A stretch of DNA of 64,000 nucleotides from Eledone cirrhosa (taxonomy: Eukaryota). Each line of letters opens with the position of its first letter. Within the stretch, counting starts at the first letter, position 1. Under the pieces are notes generated by a model. It searched no databases. It saw nothing but the letters and a program-made list of their open reading frames with translations, and was not told the origin of the DNA. The position numbers and the translations under genes are program-made. This document shows positions 45,361-57,995 of the stretch, in pieces. The stretch is taken from the NCBI GenBank assembly GCA_964016885.1, contig CAXHJY010000075.1:1-64000 (forward strand). The letters are read 5' to 3'.

Positions 45361-46336
45361 TCTATATATATAAAACAGATGTTGTCTGTGTGTGTGTGCG
45401 TGTGTGTGTCCTCATTTTTGCAAAGTCTATACAAATCCACATTTCTACTCCGATTGACTTCAAACTTGCATTTATATATTCCTTGCGCTCTAAAGATATT
45501 AACTGCAGCTTTTATTTTTCCATTTTCTGTTGTTAAAGGGGTGTTAGGCGCCGGTTATCCATCTCCGTCGCGCTCTTATAATGTCTGTCTGTATCCCTGG
45601 CTGTCTGCATTACGACATTCTGACGAACGTTGATGACGTATTATGTTCGCTATTTTCCGTTCATTGCCAGGGAAAGTCTTCACGAACCAAAGTATCGTCT
45701 TTCTGTTTTCCTTCGGTTGCAACGTTTTTCAAAATATTGACTTCTGCGTTCACAGATTGATGTTTTTAGTTTCAGAAGATACCGTTAAGGGTGAAAGCAA
45801 CGATTCTTTGCTTAAAATTTAATCTGTTATTTTAATCTATATATGTGTATATATAAAACTGAGGAAGGATGTATGTATGTGTGTAGGTCTGTATGTGTGT
45901 GTGTGTGTGAAACCCGAGAAGTAACTAACCGATCTTTTTCAAACTTTGCATGTGTATTACTTATATTTCAGGGAGTGTTATACATATAAAAAAATCTACT
46001 TTTTGATCCTCTAGGGCCCGCATTAGGTGAAAAACTTCATTTTTTCAGCTTGTTAGGGCTTTTTTGAAGCGTTACGTCTAGCCGATTTTCCGGAAATTTC
46101 AAGGCATATTATGTACATTAAAAAAAATCATTTCCTTGATCCCCTAGGGCCCGCATTAGGTGAAAACCTACTTTTTCCTGCTACATCGAGGAAAATCTTA
46201 GATTATCCAGCCATCAGAGTATTCGGTTTATTTTCTTTACATTTTGTCCAGGCATGCAGTTTTTCCACGATTAGGTATGTTGGCGGCCCGCGTTCCAAAA
46301 TACCTTATCCCGTGCAACGCTGGGTACAACTGCTAG
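45361..46336 (+). mobile_element. Composite Helitron-like element (family A 5' part + family B)
   Basis: TC start at 45361, second TC start at 45836, single end cccgtgcaacgctgggtacaactgCTAG|t. Confidence 0.7.
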
Positions 46337-46689
46337 TATATATATATAGAGAGAGAGAACATATAGGAATTGTGCAATTGTCCAAGGAAATGATTTGGAG
46401 AAGAACTGCCTATATTTTAATACGTTTTAGCGAAGGATTTAGACTTTAATTCAAGCAGATTGGACCTGTAAACAACGAAATAAATATTAAGAAATATTCA
46501 GTGTAAGACGGTGAATAATATATATGGTTTTGTAGCTTTCCTATATATATATATTTCAAGATAAACTAATATCTGTATTAATACTATATATATAATATGA
46601 ATTTCGATCGATACAATGCTAAATGCATAGAAGCATTAGCAATTAATTCGATTTTGTTGTCTACAGATATATATGCATGTGTGTGTATT

Positions 46690-46859
<170 letters not shown>

Positions 46860-46983
46860 TATATATATATATATATATACATATATATATTTAAAAGTTA
46901 AACAATGTTCATTTAATAAATCAAAAGAATGATTTTAACAATAGATTGGAAGCACTCAACAGATTTGGTTTTCCAGAGTTATT

Positions 46984-48120
46984 TATATTAATTCAAAATA
47001 TTAACAAAATAGATATTCTTGTGATCAAGTATATTTGATTATACATATTTCAGAGGTACTGAGTTAACTTCAACAGTACGTCCTCATTAGATAAAATAAG
47101 ATGATGCATGACATACCCTGACATAGTAGATGGTTAAGATTCAGTCATGGTAGTGAGTAATATATGACAAAACTCAATATTTATATACCTTAATATTGAG
47201 AACACGAGAAAAATATATAATACATACAATAGAGAGGGTGCGTGTGAGACAGCTTAAAAATTCAGACCTCTTTAAGTTTAATTATAAAGCCTGTCGATCC
47301 TTTAGGCACTCAAATTGTTAATCACATATTCTTTAAAAATTATAACTGTAATTATTTTTAAAATTATATTATATAAACTGTTGTCAATATTATAAATAAT
47401 TTTGGTAAAGTTTACCTTCGTGAGGTTGTAAAAACAGTATTTTTCTTTCTCGTGTTTGTAAATCCTTTAAATTTGATTTCATAAAATTTGATTTTAGAAA
47501 TTAAATTTGATAGTATACTTTAATATTAATACAGATACCTATTAACTTTTAAAACGTAAAATATTATTCATTACTCTGAACTAACTTAAATTAAATATTT
47601 TGAATATTAACGGTCAACCAAATAAGTTTAGATATATATTATATATATAGATAATTGTCTAAAAACTTGAACATAAGTTATTCCTCTTTGTGTCTCTCTC
47701 TCTCTGTAATCAACTCTATTTTGTTTTTCGAGGCCCCTACTAACTATATTATCCCATCAGCTGTTTCTTCCTCTATACTTTCCTTTCTTTCCTCTTTCTC
47801 CAGTAATTTAAATTTTTTTAACAGTTATATTGATGCCAAGTATTTTTTAAGCTGTCTCACACGCACCCTCTCTATTGCATGTATTATATATTTTTCTCAT
47901 GTTCTCAATATTAAGGCATATAAATATTAAGTTTTGTCATATATTACTCACTACCATGACTGAATCTTAACCATCTACTATGTCAGGTTATGTCATGCAT
48001 CATCTTATTTTATCTGATGAGGACATACTGTTGAAGTTAACTCGGTACCTCTGAAATATGTATAATAAAATATACTTGATCACAAGAATATCTATTTTGT
48101 TAATATTTTGAATTAATATA
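46984..48120 (+). mobile_element. Inverted-arm element (~277-bp arms) with HHR
   Basis: 46984-47260 is inverted relative to 47844-48120, with several substitutions. Confidence 0.85.
48008..48070 (+). ncRNA. Hammerhead ribozyme
   Basis: TTTTAT-CTGATGA-ggacatactg...cggtacctct-GAAA-TATGTA-TA-ATAAAA; the mirror arm has CTAATGA. Confidence 0.7.
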
Positions 48121-48122
48121 TA

Positions 48123-48159
<37 letters not shown>

Positions 48160-48498
48160 CCCACTCTACTACACTAAGTAGTGAGTACTTTGGTGTGTTA
48201 TGGTCCACCTGGTTCCTTACCACATTTCCTTCGTTATATATATATAGATAGATAGATAGATAGATAAATTTCTATTTATTTGCCACGAGGGCACAAAAGA
48301 AGGGGACATTTACACAGTGGGGGAGTTTACATAAATCGAGTAAAGAAAAAAGGAATAACAATAATAATATAACAATAAAAAGTCCTCAAAAGGGAGGGGG
48401 CGTGTTGGGGATTGCACATACCCCCGAAAAGTGTGCAACTCTTTTCGCGGGGGAAGCCCAGAGAGGAGGCGCTCCCCCTTTCCTCTTCACTTCTTCAC

Positions 48499-51400
48499 CT
48501 ACAGAACAATGTAGAGAGAAGGCCCATTTACACGGGCCATTCTCGCTTCTTTCACCCACCTTTCATAAAACTGTCTGGGACCAAGCACTTCTCTCTCCAT
48601 CCTGATTCTTCTTCCGAAGTGGTATCGGAAGAAGTAAACCAGGTGATGGCCGGAGAGAAAGTCACCCGACCTCAGACCTTTCAGGCGCGTCCACCACACA
48701 ACCTCTTTCATCATGGCTATTACGCACAGAAAGACCGCCTCTGCTTCATTTCTGAAGGGAGGAGGCGGCTTGATGTTCACCACAGACTCGGCGGTTAATC
48801 GAATCGGCGCCACACGCGACAGCAGTCGTTCGACGTAGCCCCACAGATCGGCAACGCCCGGGCAGTGTACCAGTGCATGCGCAACGGTTTCCTCGTCGCG
48901 CACGCATCTGGGACAGATCTTTTTCGCGGGATCCCTGCCCGGGCGCCCGTGTCTGTAGAGCTTTTCTCGAACGGGCAGAGCCCTCCGGTAACACTGCCAG
49001 GCTAGGGACCTCTGGAAGTTGTCCATGGGTCCCGGGCCGAAAGTTCTACCGAACAGGCTGGCCAGTTCGTCCTCCTCCATGCCTAGCGACTCTCCAAGGG
49101 TGTCGTCGCCCCTGCTAGCCACCAACCCTCTATAGAATGTCGAGGTGGATTCTCCACTGACAGTCGGGTCCGCTTGCCAGATAGCCGTGAGCGCCTGGGC
49201 ACACTCGGTGTGCCAGTTGCCCAGTTTTCTCGGTCTTTGCTTCACCCAGGATTGCAGTTCGGTGAGCGAGACGAGCTGTGGGAAGGCTCGCCTCACAAAC
49301 GGGGTCCACACCGGCTGACCGTTGAGGAATACCTGTAGATGCCGTAGCCTCAATGCGTGCCTACGCATCAACAGCCACGGCATACCCAGCCCTCCTTTCG
49401 AAGGGTGCTGGCAGCAGATGGATCTCCTCACCATGGGAGGCCGCTTCTTCCAGAGGAACTGGAAGAGCATGCGTTCCATGATGGTGAGCTTTTCCTTGGG
49501 GCAAGGCACAACGGTCAGGCGGTAGTAGATGACGGACGCTATGTAAGCGTTCGTCACCTCCGCCCGACCTTTCAGTGATAGTTTGCACTTGGCCCACTTC
49601 TGGGTCAGCGCAAACACCCTGCTCGTCACCTCGCCCCAATTCTTCTCCACCTGGAGGTCCGGTCCGAACCAGACCCCGAGCAGCTTCACCGGGCCCTCCG
49701 TCCACCGCCCGACGACACCGTCTAACGGCATCGGTTTGCTCCTCCACGTTCCGAGTTGCAAACCGACTGACTTGTCCTGGTTCAGCTTAGCCCCCGTCAG
49801 CCTTTCGTATTCCTCCAGTAGGGTGGCGATCGCCCCGATTTCCGAGGCGTCCGCCACCATTACTGTTACGTCGTCGGCATAGGCCGAGACCGCTTTGTGC
49901 AATCCCGGTTCCAGGGGTATGCCCCGCAGCAACTCCAACTTCCGCAGCAGTGGCTCGAGAGTCAATACGTACAGAAGGGAGGAGAGGGGGCACCCCTGTC
50001 TGATGGATCGGGTGATTTGAAACGGCTCCGAGAGGTAGCCGTTTACTTTAATCCTAGAGTAGATGTTGCCACTGTGCATGGCAGAAATCCAGCCCCTGAA
50101 AACGGGTCCGAAGCCCGCCGCCGCTAGCACCGCATCCAGGTAACCATGGTCGACCCTATCGAACGCCTTAGACTGATCCAAGTTGATCAGGGCCCCACCA
50201 AAGCCGGGTTCGTAGCCAACCCTCTCTATGATGTATCGCATGAGGTGGAGGTTGTCGTGAATGGACCTGGACGGGATAGCGCATGTCTGCGCGTCTCCCA
50301 CCAAACCACCCACCACAAGCGCCAACCTCTTCGCCAACACCTTGGCCAAAATCTGTAACTCTGCATTCAGCAGAGTTATGGGCCTAAAGTTACTTAAGTC
50401 GTCCCCCTTGCTCTCGTCCTTCCTCACTAGCGTGACCACGCCCTTGGTCACAGAACAGGGAATTCTCCCGTTCTGTTGCCAGTTGCAATAGACAGCCTCG
50501 AGGAGTTCGGAGAACAAGACCGGCATAGCTAAATAAAGTTCGTATGGTAGACCATCGAGACCCGGGGATTTGCGTCTGCTGCATTGGCTGAGCGCTTCCC
50601 CGATTTCAGTGGCTGTGATTGGCCTTTCGCAGCACTCCGCTTCGCCGCTCGAAAGACGCGGTAGACCGTCGAGGTATGGACCGAAGTCCACATCCCCGTC
50701 CGGCCCCCCGCCACCTCCGAACAGTCGAGCAAAGTGCCTTTGAAAGGTCTCGCACATTCGCTCAGGTTCAAGGATCACCCGTCCATCCTGGTCTCGCAAA
50801 GACCGAATGGTGGATTTAATCCCACTCTTGGCTTCTGTCACGCGGGCCCAGCTAACAGCTTTGGTCCTCTCGTTTCCTAAAACACGTATTTTACTTCGGA
50901 CAACGCAGCCTTCGTGCTTCGCGTCAAAGAACTGGCTCAATGCCGTTCTCGTCGCTAACACTCTGGCTACGTCTCCGCTCCTAATCGCCTCTTCTAGTTT
51001 ATCTGTTAACTCCCTTTCCCTCCTATTTCTATTCGCCGCTAGTTCCTTACTGTAACCTATCGAACTTACTCTAATCTCTCTCTTTAGAGATATCCACCAC
51101 CTACTGTTGACGATCGCTCCCGTCAACCGCATCTTAACTAAGCTACTAATCCGGTTTCTGTAATCTTTCTTTGTCGGTAAGGACAAGTTCATCTTCCAGT
51201 AACCGGGACCCTGTCTATGCGTTCTATCAAGGTTGACCACGCAGGTCACTAATTTGTGATCTGAATAGCCAACCATGATCAGTTCTGGACAACTAAATAC
51301 GTCCCTATCCTTACTCCTAACCAAAAACCTATCTAGGTACGATCTAGATTGTCCACTGCGGTTTGCCCAGGTCCAGGTTGGCGCAGTTGGACAATCTAGT

Positions 51401-51932
51401 CGAAATCTATCGACCAGGTCGAATCGATCGAGTAACCCCTTGAGGCTGCTACACCCCCCTCTATCGGGACATGCCCCTGCATAGTCCCAACGCGCATCTA
51501 GGATTCCATTCCAGTCCCCCACTAAAAGCAGGGAACGCGACGTTCCTAGAAAAGTCTCCAGACGTTGGAAGAAGTCGGCTCTTTCCGCCCCGAAGGGAGC
51601 ATAAAGACCGACCAGTCTGAAAGCCCCGCCTTCACCGCCTCCGACGTCCAGCACCAGTAATCGACCCCCCGGGTCCGAGTGTACAATCTGTACGTCGAGA
51701 GTCAGACGTTTATCCAGCAGTACGGCAACTCCCCCCCCCCCCGCCTCCGGGTTGACAGAGAGATGCGTGCATCTCAAAGTCATCGAAGGCGGGCGCCAGC
51801 TGTCTCACGCTGCTGATCCGACTCTCGCAAACAACCATCACATCTATACTTTATGACCTGAGGTCACTTAGAAGCTTTGCTTGCTTCCAAGCTGAGCCCA
51901 GGCCACGCGCGTTCAAACAGCCAACTCTCAAT
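48499..51932 (-). CDS. LINE ORF2: APE endonuclease + reverse transcriptase + C-terminal zinc motif (1094-aa open frame; extreme N-terminus disrupted)
   Basis: VGCLNARG, LYAP, VGDWN, SYLDR, SDH, GYWKMN, SPGLDG, FRPITLLN, LDQSKAFDRVDH, RQGCPLS, AYADD, CPRC...ETVAHALVHC. Confidence 0.92.
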
Positions 51933-51936
51933 TGAT

Positions 51937-53796
51937 CTATTTTGGTGTTGAAAGTGAAGAAAGAAAAGCACTTACCTCTCCGGGTTGCGTAATTTCCATG
52001 GCATCAGGTGTGTTGGGTGGAGGGATGTTTTGTGGTGGTGTGGGGGTACACGTGTGTGGTGGGGTTGGGGTATTTGGAGTTGTGTCAGGGAGAGGGGCGG
52101 TTATGGGGAAATCTTTCAAGAGGACGCGATTCAACGGTTTTAAACAGGGGGGGCTCACGTCCCGTCTAAATTGTTCTTTTAAGGAACGATAAAGGTCCAG
52201 AGGGACCTTTATCATTTTTAAATGGGTGAAGTTCTCTGTTGAGATAAAGTTTGGCCCTTCGGTCTGCACCATAGGGTTATTGTTTATTAATTTAACCAGT
52301 TTTTTGTTTTCTTTATTTATATATGTGTATTGCAACGTCTTTTTTTGTGATGCTGTCAATGTTTCGGAGAGGGGAGGCGCAGATTTATTTTTGTTTGTTG
52401 AGGGTGGGGTGTTTTTGATTGGAGTTGGTGTTTGTGTGTGGGTTATTTGTGGTGTGCTGGGTGTGTGTTTTCTTTTTTTTCTTTTAACTTGTCTGAAGGC
52501 TTCTCCTCCTTCTTCTTCAGAAGTTGGGGGAAACTCTTCAGCGCTAGGTGGGAGGGACGTGTTGTGTGGTTGTTTTTTTTTTGCGGGAGGGGTAGATTTG
52601 TTACTGTTTTTTTAATTATTTGTTTGGAATGGGTTTTGTGGTGGTGGTGGTGGTGGTAATGTTTGTGTCGTGCTTGTGGTTGGTGATGGTCATGTTTGTG
52701 TTGTGGTTGGTGGTGGTGATTTTTGTGTCGTGCTTGTGTTTGGTGCTGGTGGTGGTGATGTTTGTGTTGTGTTTGTGGTTGGTGGTGTCTGTATTTTGTT
52801 TGCTGTGTGTGGTATTAGTGTATTTTTGGAGGTGGGTGGTGTTGGTGTACTGTTTGTGGTGGGTGTGGGCAATAGTCCTTTTTGGGGGATACGTTTCGGG
52901 CAGTTAGCCTTAACGTGTCCCCTTTCCATGCATAAATAGCATGCTGGTCTTCTCCCCTCTACAATTATGTCTATTGGGGTAAGGTCATCCAGCCAGATGC
53001 GATCCGGGATTTGTGCTATTCTTTCGGGCCTCATTTGGACTAGTATGTCGAGGCCCATTCCCAGGAACGCATCTCCAGTTGCCTTCCCCATTGACAGCAT
53101 AGTGTCTTCGCCCATATCAATGAAGCCAGCAATAGCCCACCAGAAGTCCATTGTGGGCAGCATTGTTTTTACTTTTACTCTCTGTGTTCTTCTACCCATG
53201 TAGGAGGGATAGAAGCTATATGTTGTCGACGAGAGTGGGCTTAGGGAAAGCTTCTCCGCCGTTTCTTTGTCTCTTGTTAGGACCGAAATGCTGCCATAGA
53301 GTCGGTCCTTTCGTATGAAGAGAATATTCTTCATATAGTCTTTTAGGACTAACTCTATTTCCATTTGGCTGGGCTGTGCTGGCTTTCTTGTCTGGTTCAG
53401 TATAGTTCTGTATAGAACTGTGTTTTCTGCTCTGGCTTTCTTGAATTCTGGGGGGGAGTTAATGGAAAACATTCCGTTCTCCCCCAAAACAATGTGTTTC
53501 TTTGCTTCGGCCAGTTTTTCTCTGGCGGCAGTTAGGTCAATTGGTGTGTATGTAATGGATTGTTTTGTTTTCTGGGCGAAAGTTGCCCTGTCGTTATTTG
53601 TATTATTTTCTGTTTGTTTGTTTTCTGTTTGCTCATTTTCCTTAACATTTGTTTTTTCATTTTGTTTGTTTGTTTCAATGTCTAATTTTGTTGTAATTAT
53701 TTTTTGTTCTTCAGACTTGGGGGGCGTGGCAGAGCTAATGGCAGACATGTCTGCCATCTTTTCCGCCATGCTGCCAAGAAAGAAATTTTTCGGCAA
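51937..53796 (-). CDS. LINE ORF1 (gag-like, CCHC zinc knuckle, T/P-rich repeats), split into two frames
   Basis: 368-aa frame with CYLCMERGHVKANC, continued by the 140-aa frame 51937-52359 that ends just before ORF2. Confidence 0.8.
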
Positions 53797-54119
53797 AAAT
53801 AGATATTTATTTTACCCCCTAAAAAGGGGGTAAATGCAAAAATGTTTCCCTAAATAACAGGGGTTAGTGTTCCAAATGTGTTGCACTAAAAAATTTATCC
53901 GGTACTTACAATAGTAAGGGTAAATCCCGATGGAATAGCGGAGCCGATGCGAAGCGTGTCTTACTCTATCAAGATAGATAGATAGATAGATATATGTGTG
54001 TGTATTTATATATATATATTTATATATACACACACATACACACATACACACACATACATACACATATATATATTTGAAATAAAATGCTGTAGTTTGCTTG
54101 AAGCATTGTACCCGTCCTA

Positions 54120-54405
54120 GATATATATATATATATATATCACCCTGATCACCTTGACGGACCAGTCTGTCGGGCGCCAATCGGCGCCGCTAGTCACAGC
54201 AAGTCGTGCTGTTTTAGCCATAAGATAACGCCATCCCACTGGCTGGGCGGGCAGGCCGGTACTCATTTCTACAGCTGAGTAAACTGCAGCAACGTAAAAT
54301 AAAGTGTCTTGCTGAAGGAAACAACACATCACCCAGTCCGAGAATTGAACTCAAAACCTTTCGATTGCAAGCCCAATGCTCTAACCACTAAGCCATGCGC
54401 CTTCA
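54120..54405 (-). mobile_element. CORE-type tRNA SINE
   Basis: Minus strand: gaaggcgcatggcttagtggttagagc...gagttcaattc...ttccttcagcaagacactttat. Confidence 0.7.
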
Positions 54406-55274
54406 TAGTTCTGGTATCTCAAATTAGTACCATTGAACAACAATTATATTATAGACACCCTATATATCTCTATGGGTACTTAGTACTCAGAGAGATATTT
54501 ACCTCATTTTATAAAATGAGGTAAATATCTCTCTGAGTACTAAGTACCCATAGAGATATATAGGGTGTCTATAATATAATTGTTGTTCAATGGTACTAAT
54601 TTGAGATACCAGAACTAAACAGGGTGGAAAGAGTTATCTGATGAACTTTACTTCTCCGTTAGAAATTCTCTGAATTTCTAATCTTTTGTAAATGGAAACC
54701 GCCGGTAATAGCATTATGAATAGGTAGATATTTAAATCATTTCTTAATTTATTTAAGGGATTGTTTAATGTTTGTTTGTTCTGCTCATCTCAATTTTTAT
54801 AGTTCTGGTATCTCGAATTAGTACCATAGAACAACAATTATATTATAGACACCCTATATATCTCTATGGGTACTTAGTACTCAGAGAGATATTTACCTCA
54901 TTTTTATATATTCTCCAATCTATGCAGAGAAAAAATTCGTTGTTGCTTACTGCTATATTTTAGCAGTAAAGCCAGCAACACGTCTGTAATATTCCCGCTT
55001 TCACTAACGGCCAGTTCACGTGTGGGTCACTTTAACGGTCATAACTCATACGAGCTGGTAGTTGGCATTATATTTGCAGGCTGTGGGACTTAGTCCTTTA
55101 GGATGGAAATAGCTATCTGATGAACTTTACTTTTTCGTTAGAAATTCTCTGAATTTATAATCTTTTGTAATGCGAAACCGCCGGTAATAGCATTATGAAC
55201 AGGTAGATATTTAAATCATTTTTTAATTTATTTAAAGGATTGTTTAATGTTTGTTTGTTCCGCTCATCTCAATT

Positions 55275-55275
<1 letters not shown>
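54406..55275 (+). mobile_element. Perfect 212-bp palindrome + 479-bp-period tandem with two HHRs
   Basis: 54406-54617 is a loopless palindrome; its arm recurs at 54800-54905; the HHR unit occurs at 54633-54712 and 55112-55191. Confidence 0.85.
55112..55191 (+). ncRNA. Hammerhead ribozyme with extended stem II (second copy at 54633-54712)
   Basis: GCTAT-CTGATGA-actttac...ttagaaattc-tct-gaattt.taa...gtaa..-GAAA-CCG-c-CGG-TA-ATAGC. Confidence 0.8.
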
Positions 55276-55307
<32 letters not shown>

Positions 55308-56011
55308 ACAAATATATATATGTACACTCACACACATATATATATATATTAATGGCGACTCGAAATCATCAATTTATTCAGGCTTAACACAATCTTATAA
55401 AATTTTGCAAAATTACAATTTAGAGTATTATATTCGATATCAGCATGTAGGCATCTAATTACAATCTAATATAACTACAATTGAAGAAATCTCTGTGAGA
55501 GCACACTGTTGTCATTTGATAACTGATGAAATAATCGGTAAAGGGAAATAATCGAATCGTAAACTTATCCGATATTTTTTTTTTAGATTATGCAGCCAGC
55601 CTGGGGTTTGTGGTTTTGACAACTCATCCGGACAATTTAAAACCCGTTTTATGTTTAACTGAAACAGAAAACATTTTCTGTAAATGATTGTTCTGTAAAT
55701 GATTTAGATATATGTCGACTATCAACAGTCGACTACAGGACATAACTATTGTTTACTGCCTTCCTCCTTGAACCCGAATTTGTTTCCTCATAACCTTCTT
55801 AATTATACATATATTTTGTAGGATTTTTTGTAGACATACGTTTTCAATGACGTATATTACTATGATAGAGATTAAATTGTAGTAAGTTATTTTCTTGGGA
55901 ATTTTATTTTTGTTAATGTTTTCGTTAATATATACTTTCCGTCTGTATTTGTAATTAAGCTAATCGTGAAATTGTTACGCCATATCTTCCAATTACTTTT
56001 TTTATAATGAA

Positions 56012-56372
56012 TAACTGTTTCTACTTTTGGCACAAGGCCAGCAATTACCCAGTACATTACTGGTATTTTATTTTATCGACCTCGTAAGGATGAAAGGCAA
56101 AGTTAACCTTAATTTGAACTCAGGCCATACAGTCGGTAACTCTATGCTGCAAAGCATGGCGTCATACCTGCTACCGATATTGCCAATATAATGAGAATGG
56201 TTTCGTTTGCAACAAAAGTTGCAGGGATGATCAGGAAAAGTCCCGTAAGGATGAAAGGCAAAGTTAACCTCGGCGGGATTAACTTTGCCTTTCATCCTTA
56301 CGGGGTCGATAAATTAAAGCACCAGTAATGCACTGGGAAATTGCTTGCCTTGTGCCAAAAGTAGAAACAATT
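56012..56372. mobile_element. Rearranged Meta-domain-like SINE copies in inverted arrangement
   Basis: Minus copy at 56012-56190 and fold-back cgtaaggatgaaaggcaaagttaa...ttaactttgcctttcatccttacg at 56243-56302 leading into a plus copy. Confidence 0.7.
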
Positions 56373-56749
56373 TATACCATGAACGAGGTTTTGTGTTTGC
56401 GTGTAATTGTTTTCACCGCTCCAAATAATGACGTTCATGGTATAAATGAAGTTGTAGACTAATATTCTATTTAGGTTGTTCGTGGAGACATTCCCCGGCA
56501 ATGAACGGAAAAAACGAAGATAATACGTCATTATGTGGAGCGCTGCGCAAAGACAAAACCACGTTTATTGTATGACAGAAGTCGTAGACTAAAATTCTAA
56601 TTAGGAAACCGAATGATTCTCGGCTTCAGAGTTAAGAATAATGTAAATAAATTACAGAGGTTATTGAAATCAACAATAATTAAATATATAGATGCACGCA
56701 TCCATATACGTCAATACACATGCATACGCGGAAACACCCGCCATGGGTA

Positions 56750-57077
56750 AATACAGACACGTACAAAACATGATGGCGTAGGACAGAACAAAGGAGAGGC
56801 ACAAAAACAAAGAAAAGAATCCCTAGTCACTGAAGAGGTCACAGAATGTGTGACGAAAGAACTTTGACAATATATGAACAATCGTCTGGTTGTGGAACCA
56901 ACCAACCAACCAGAAATTTATAAATTCTTAAATTTATAAATTTAATTTATAATAAATTGGAGTGAAACAATTGGTGCGTGTGTTTCTTATTGGCAACATG
57001 ACCCCCCAAAAGTATAACAATCTCGGTTTCAACACACGTTTTCAGATAAAGAATCTTGCTAAACAAATTCAGAAACG
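56750..57077 (+). mobile_element. Solo pLTR of the Nematis-like PLE with HHR (56826-56868)
   Basis: Reverse complement of 41110-41430; GTCA-CTGAAGA-gGTCACA-gaatg-TGTGAC-GAAA-GAAC-TT-TGAC. Confidence 0.85.
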
Positions 57078-57538
57078 ATATATATATATATATATAAATA
57101 TATATATACATGTGCGTGCGTGTGTGTGTGCGCGTATACATATAATTATATAAACGCATATAAATATACACACATAAATACGTATATAACGCGCGCACGC
57201 GCATATCCGCATGTAAATACACATATGTTCGCTAAACGTACGTCAACCAAAACACAAAGTACACATATACACACACCCTACATACGTGCAAACCCGCATT
57301 CACACACAAACGCAAAACTCACGTATACACATAACCATATACACATGTACCAGTATATATAATATAATATAATATATACGCCTATAACAAATACAAGCAA
57401 ATATACGTACGAGAAAGTATACGTACCTTCATAAAACATACAGGTAATATATACTTACCTATACAAATAAGTAATAGTATAAACATCAAATATACTTAGC
57501 TTCCACATCAAGACGTAAATCATCCGCGTATAGTTCGT

Positions 57539-57845
57539 ACTATCCGTTAGGGTATAATGTGGGGTTGTAATACAGGAAAGTTTTGTGCAATTTATGCTTA
57601 CAAGCCGAAATTGCCTCAGATTTTTTGTTTAAGATGTGGTCATTGGCGTAGAGTATTTCCAGGGCTTCAGCGGCTCAGAGGTCACATGGTCTTTTATTTC
57701 CGTTATACTATCTAGCCTTAGCTAGGATCTCCCAGTGTAACCTATATTGGGTGTGGTTGTCTTTTAGACTCCAGATATAAGCTGAAAGTGATGCCATATT
57801 CCTTCTTAAAGGGTTAAGAAAAGAATGGGTATGCATGTAAAGACG
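57539..57845 (-). pseudogene. Naiad-like GIY-YIG C-terminal fragment
   Basis: Hand translation: HTHSF...SLSAYIWSLKDNHTQYRLHWEILAKAR*YNGNKRPCDL*AAEALEILYANDHILNKKSEAISACKH. Confidence 0.8.
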
Positions 57846-57859
57846 CTATATATATTATA

Positions 57860-57995
<136 letters not shown>

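Larger units (their letters stand above)
48267..53971 (-). mobile_element. Full-length Tx1/L1-clade LINE flanked by (TATC)n
   Basis: ORF1 + ORF2, short 3' UTR ending in AATAAA; (GATA)n at 48245-48266 and 53972-53991. Confidence 0.9.

Noticed and set aside
48499-51932. Bacterial contamination or horizontal gene suggested by high GC
   Set aside because: Motifs are those of a eukaryotic Tx1/L1 ORF2, contiguous with ORF1 and UTRs.
48402-53833. Plus-strand ORFs over the LINE as separate genes
   Set aside because: Antisense shadows of ORF1 and ORF2 with no recognisable motifs.
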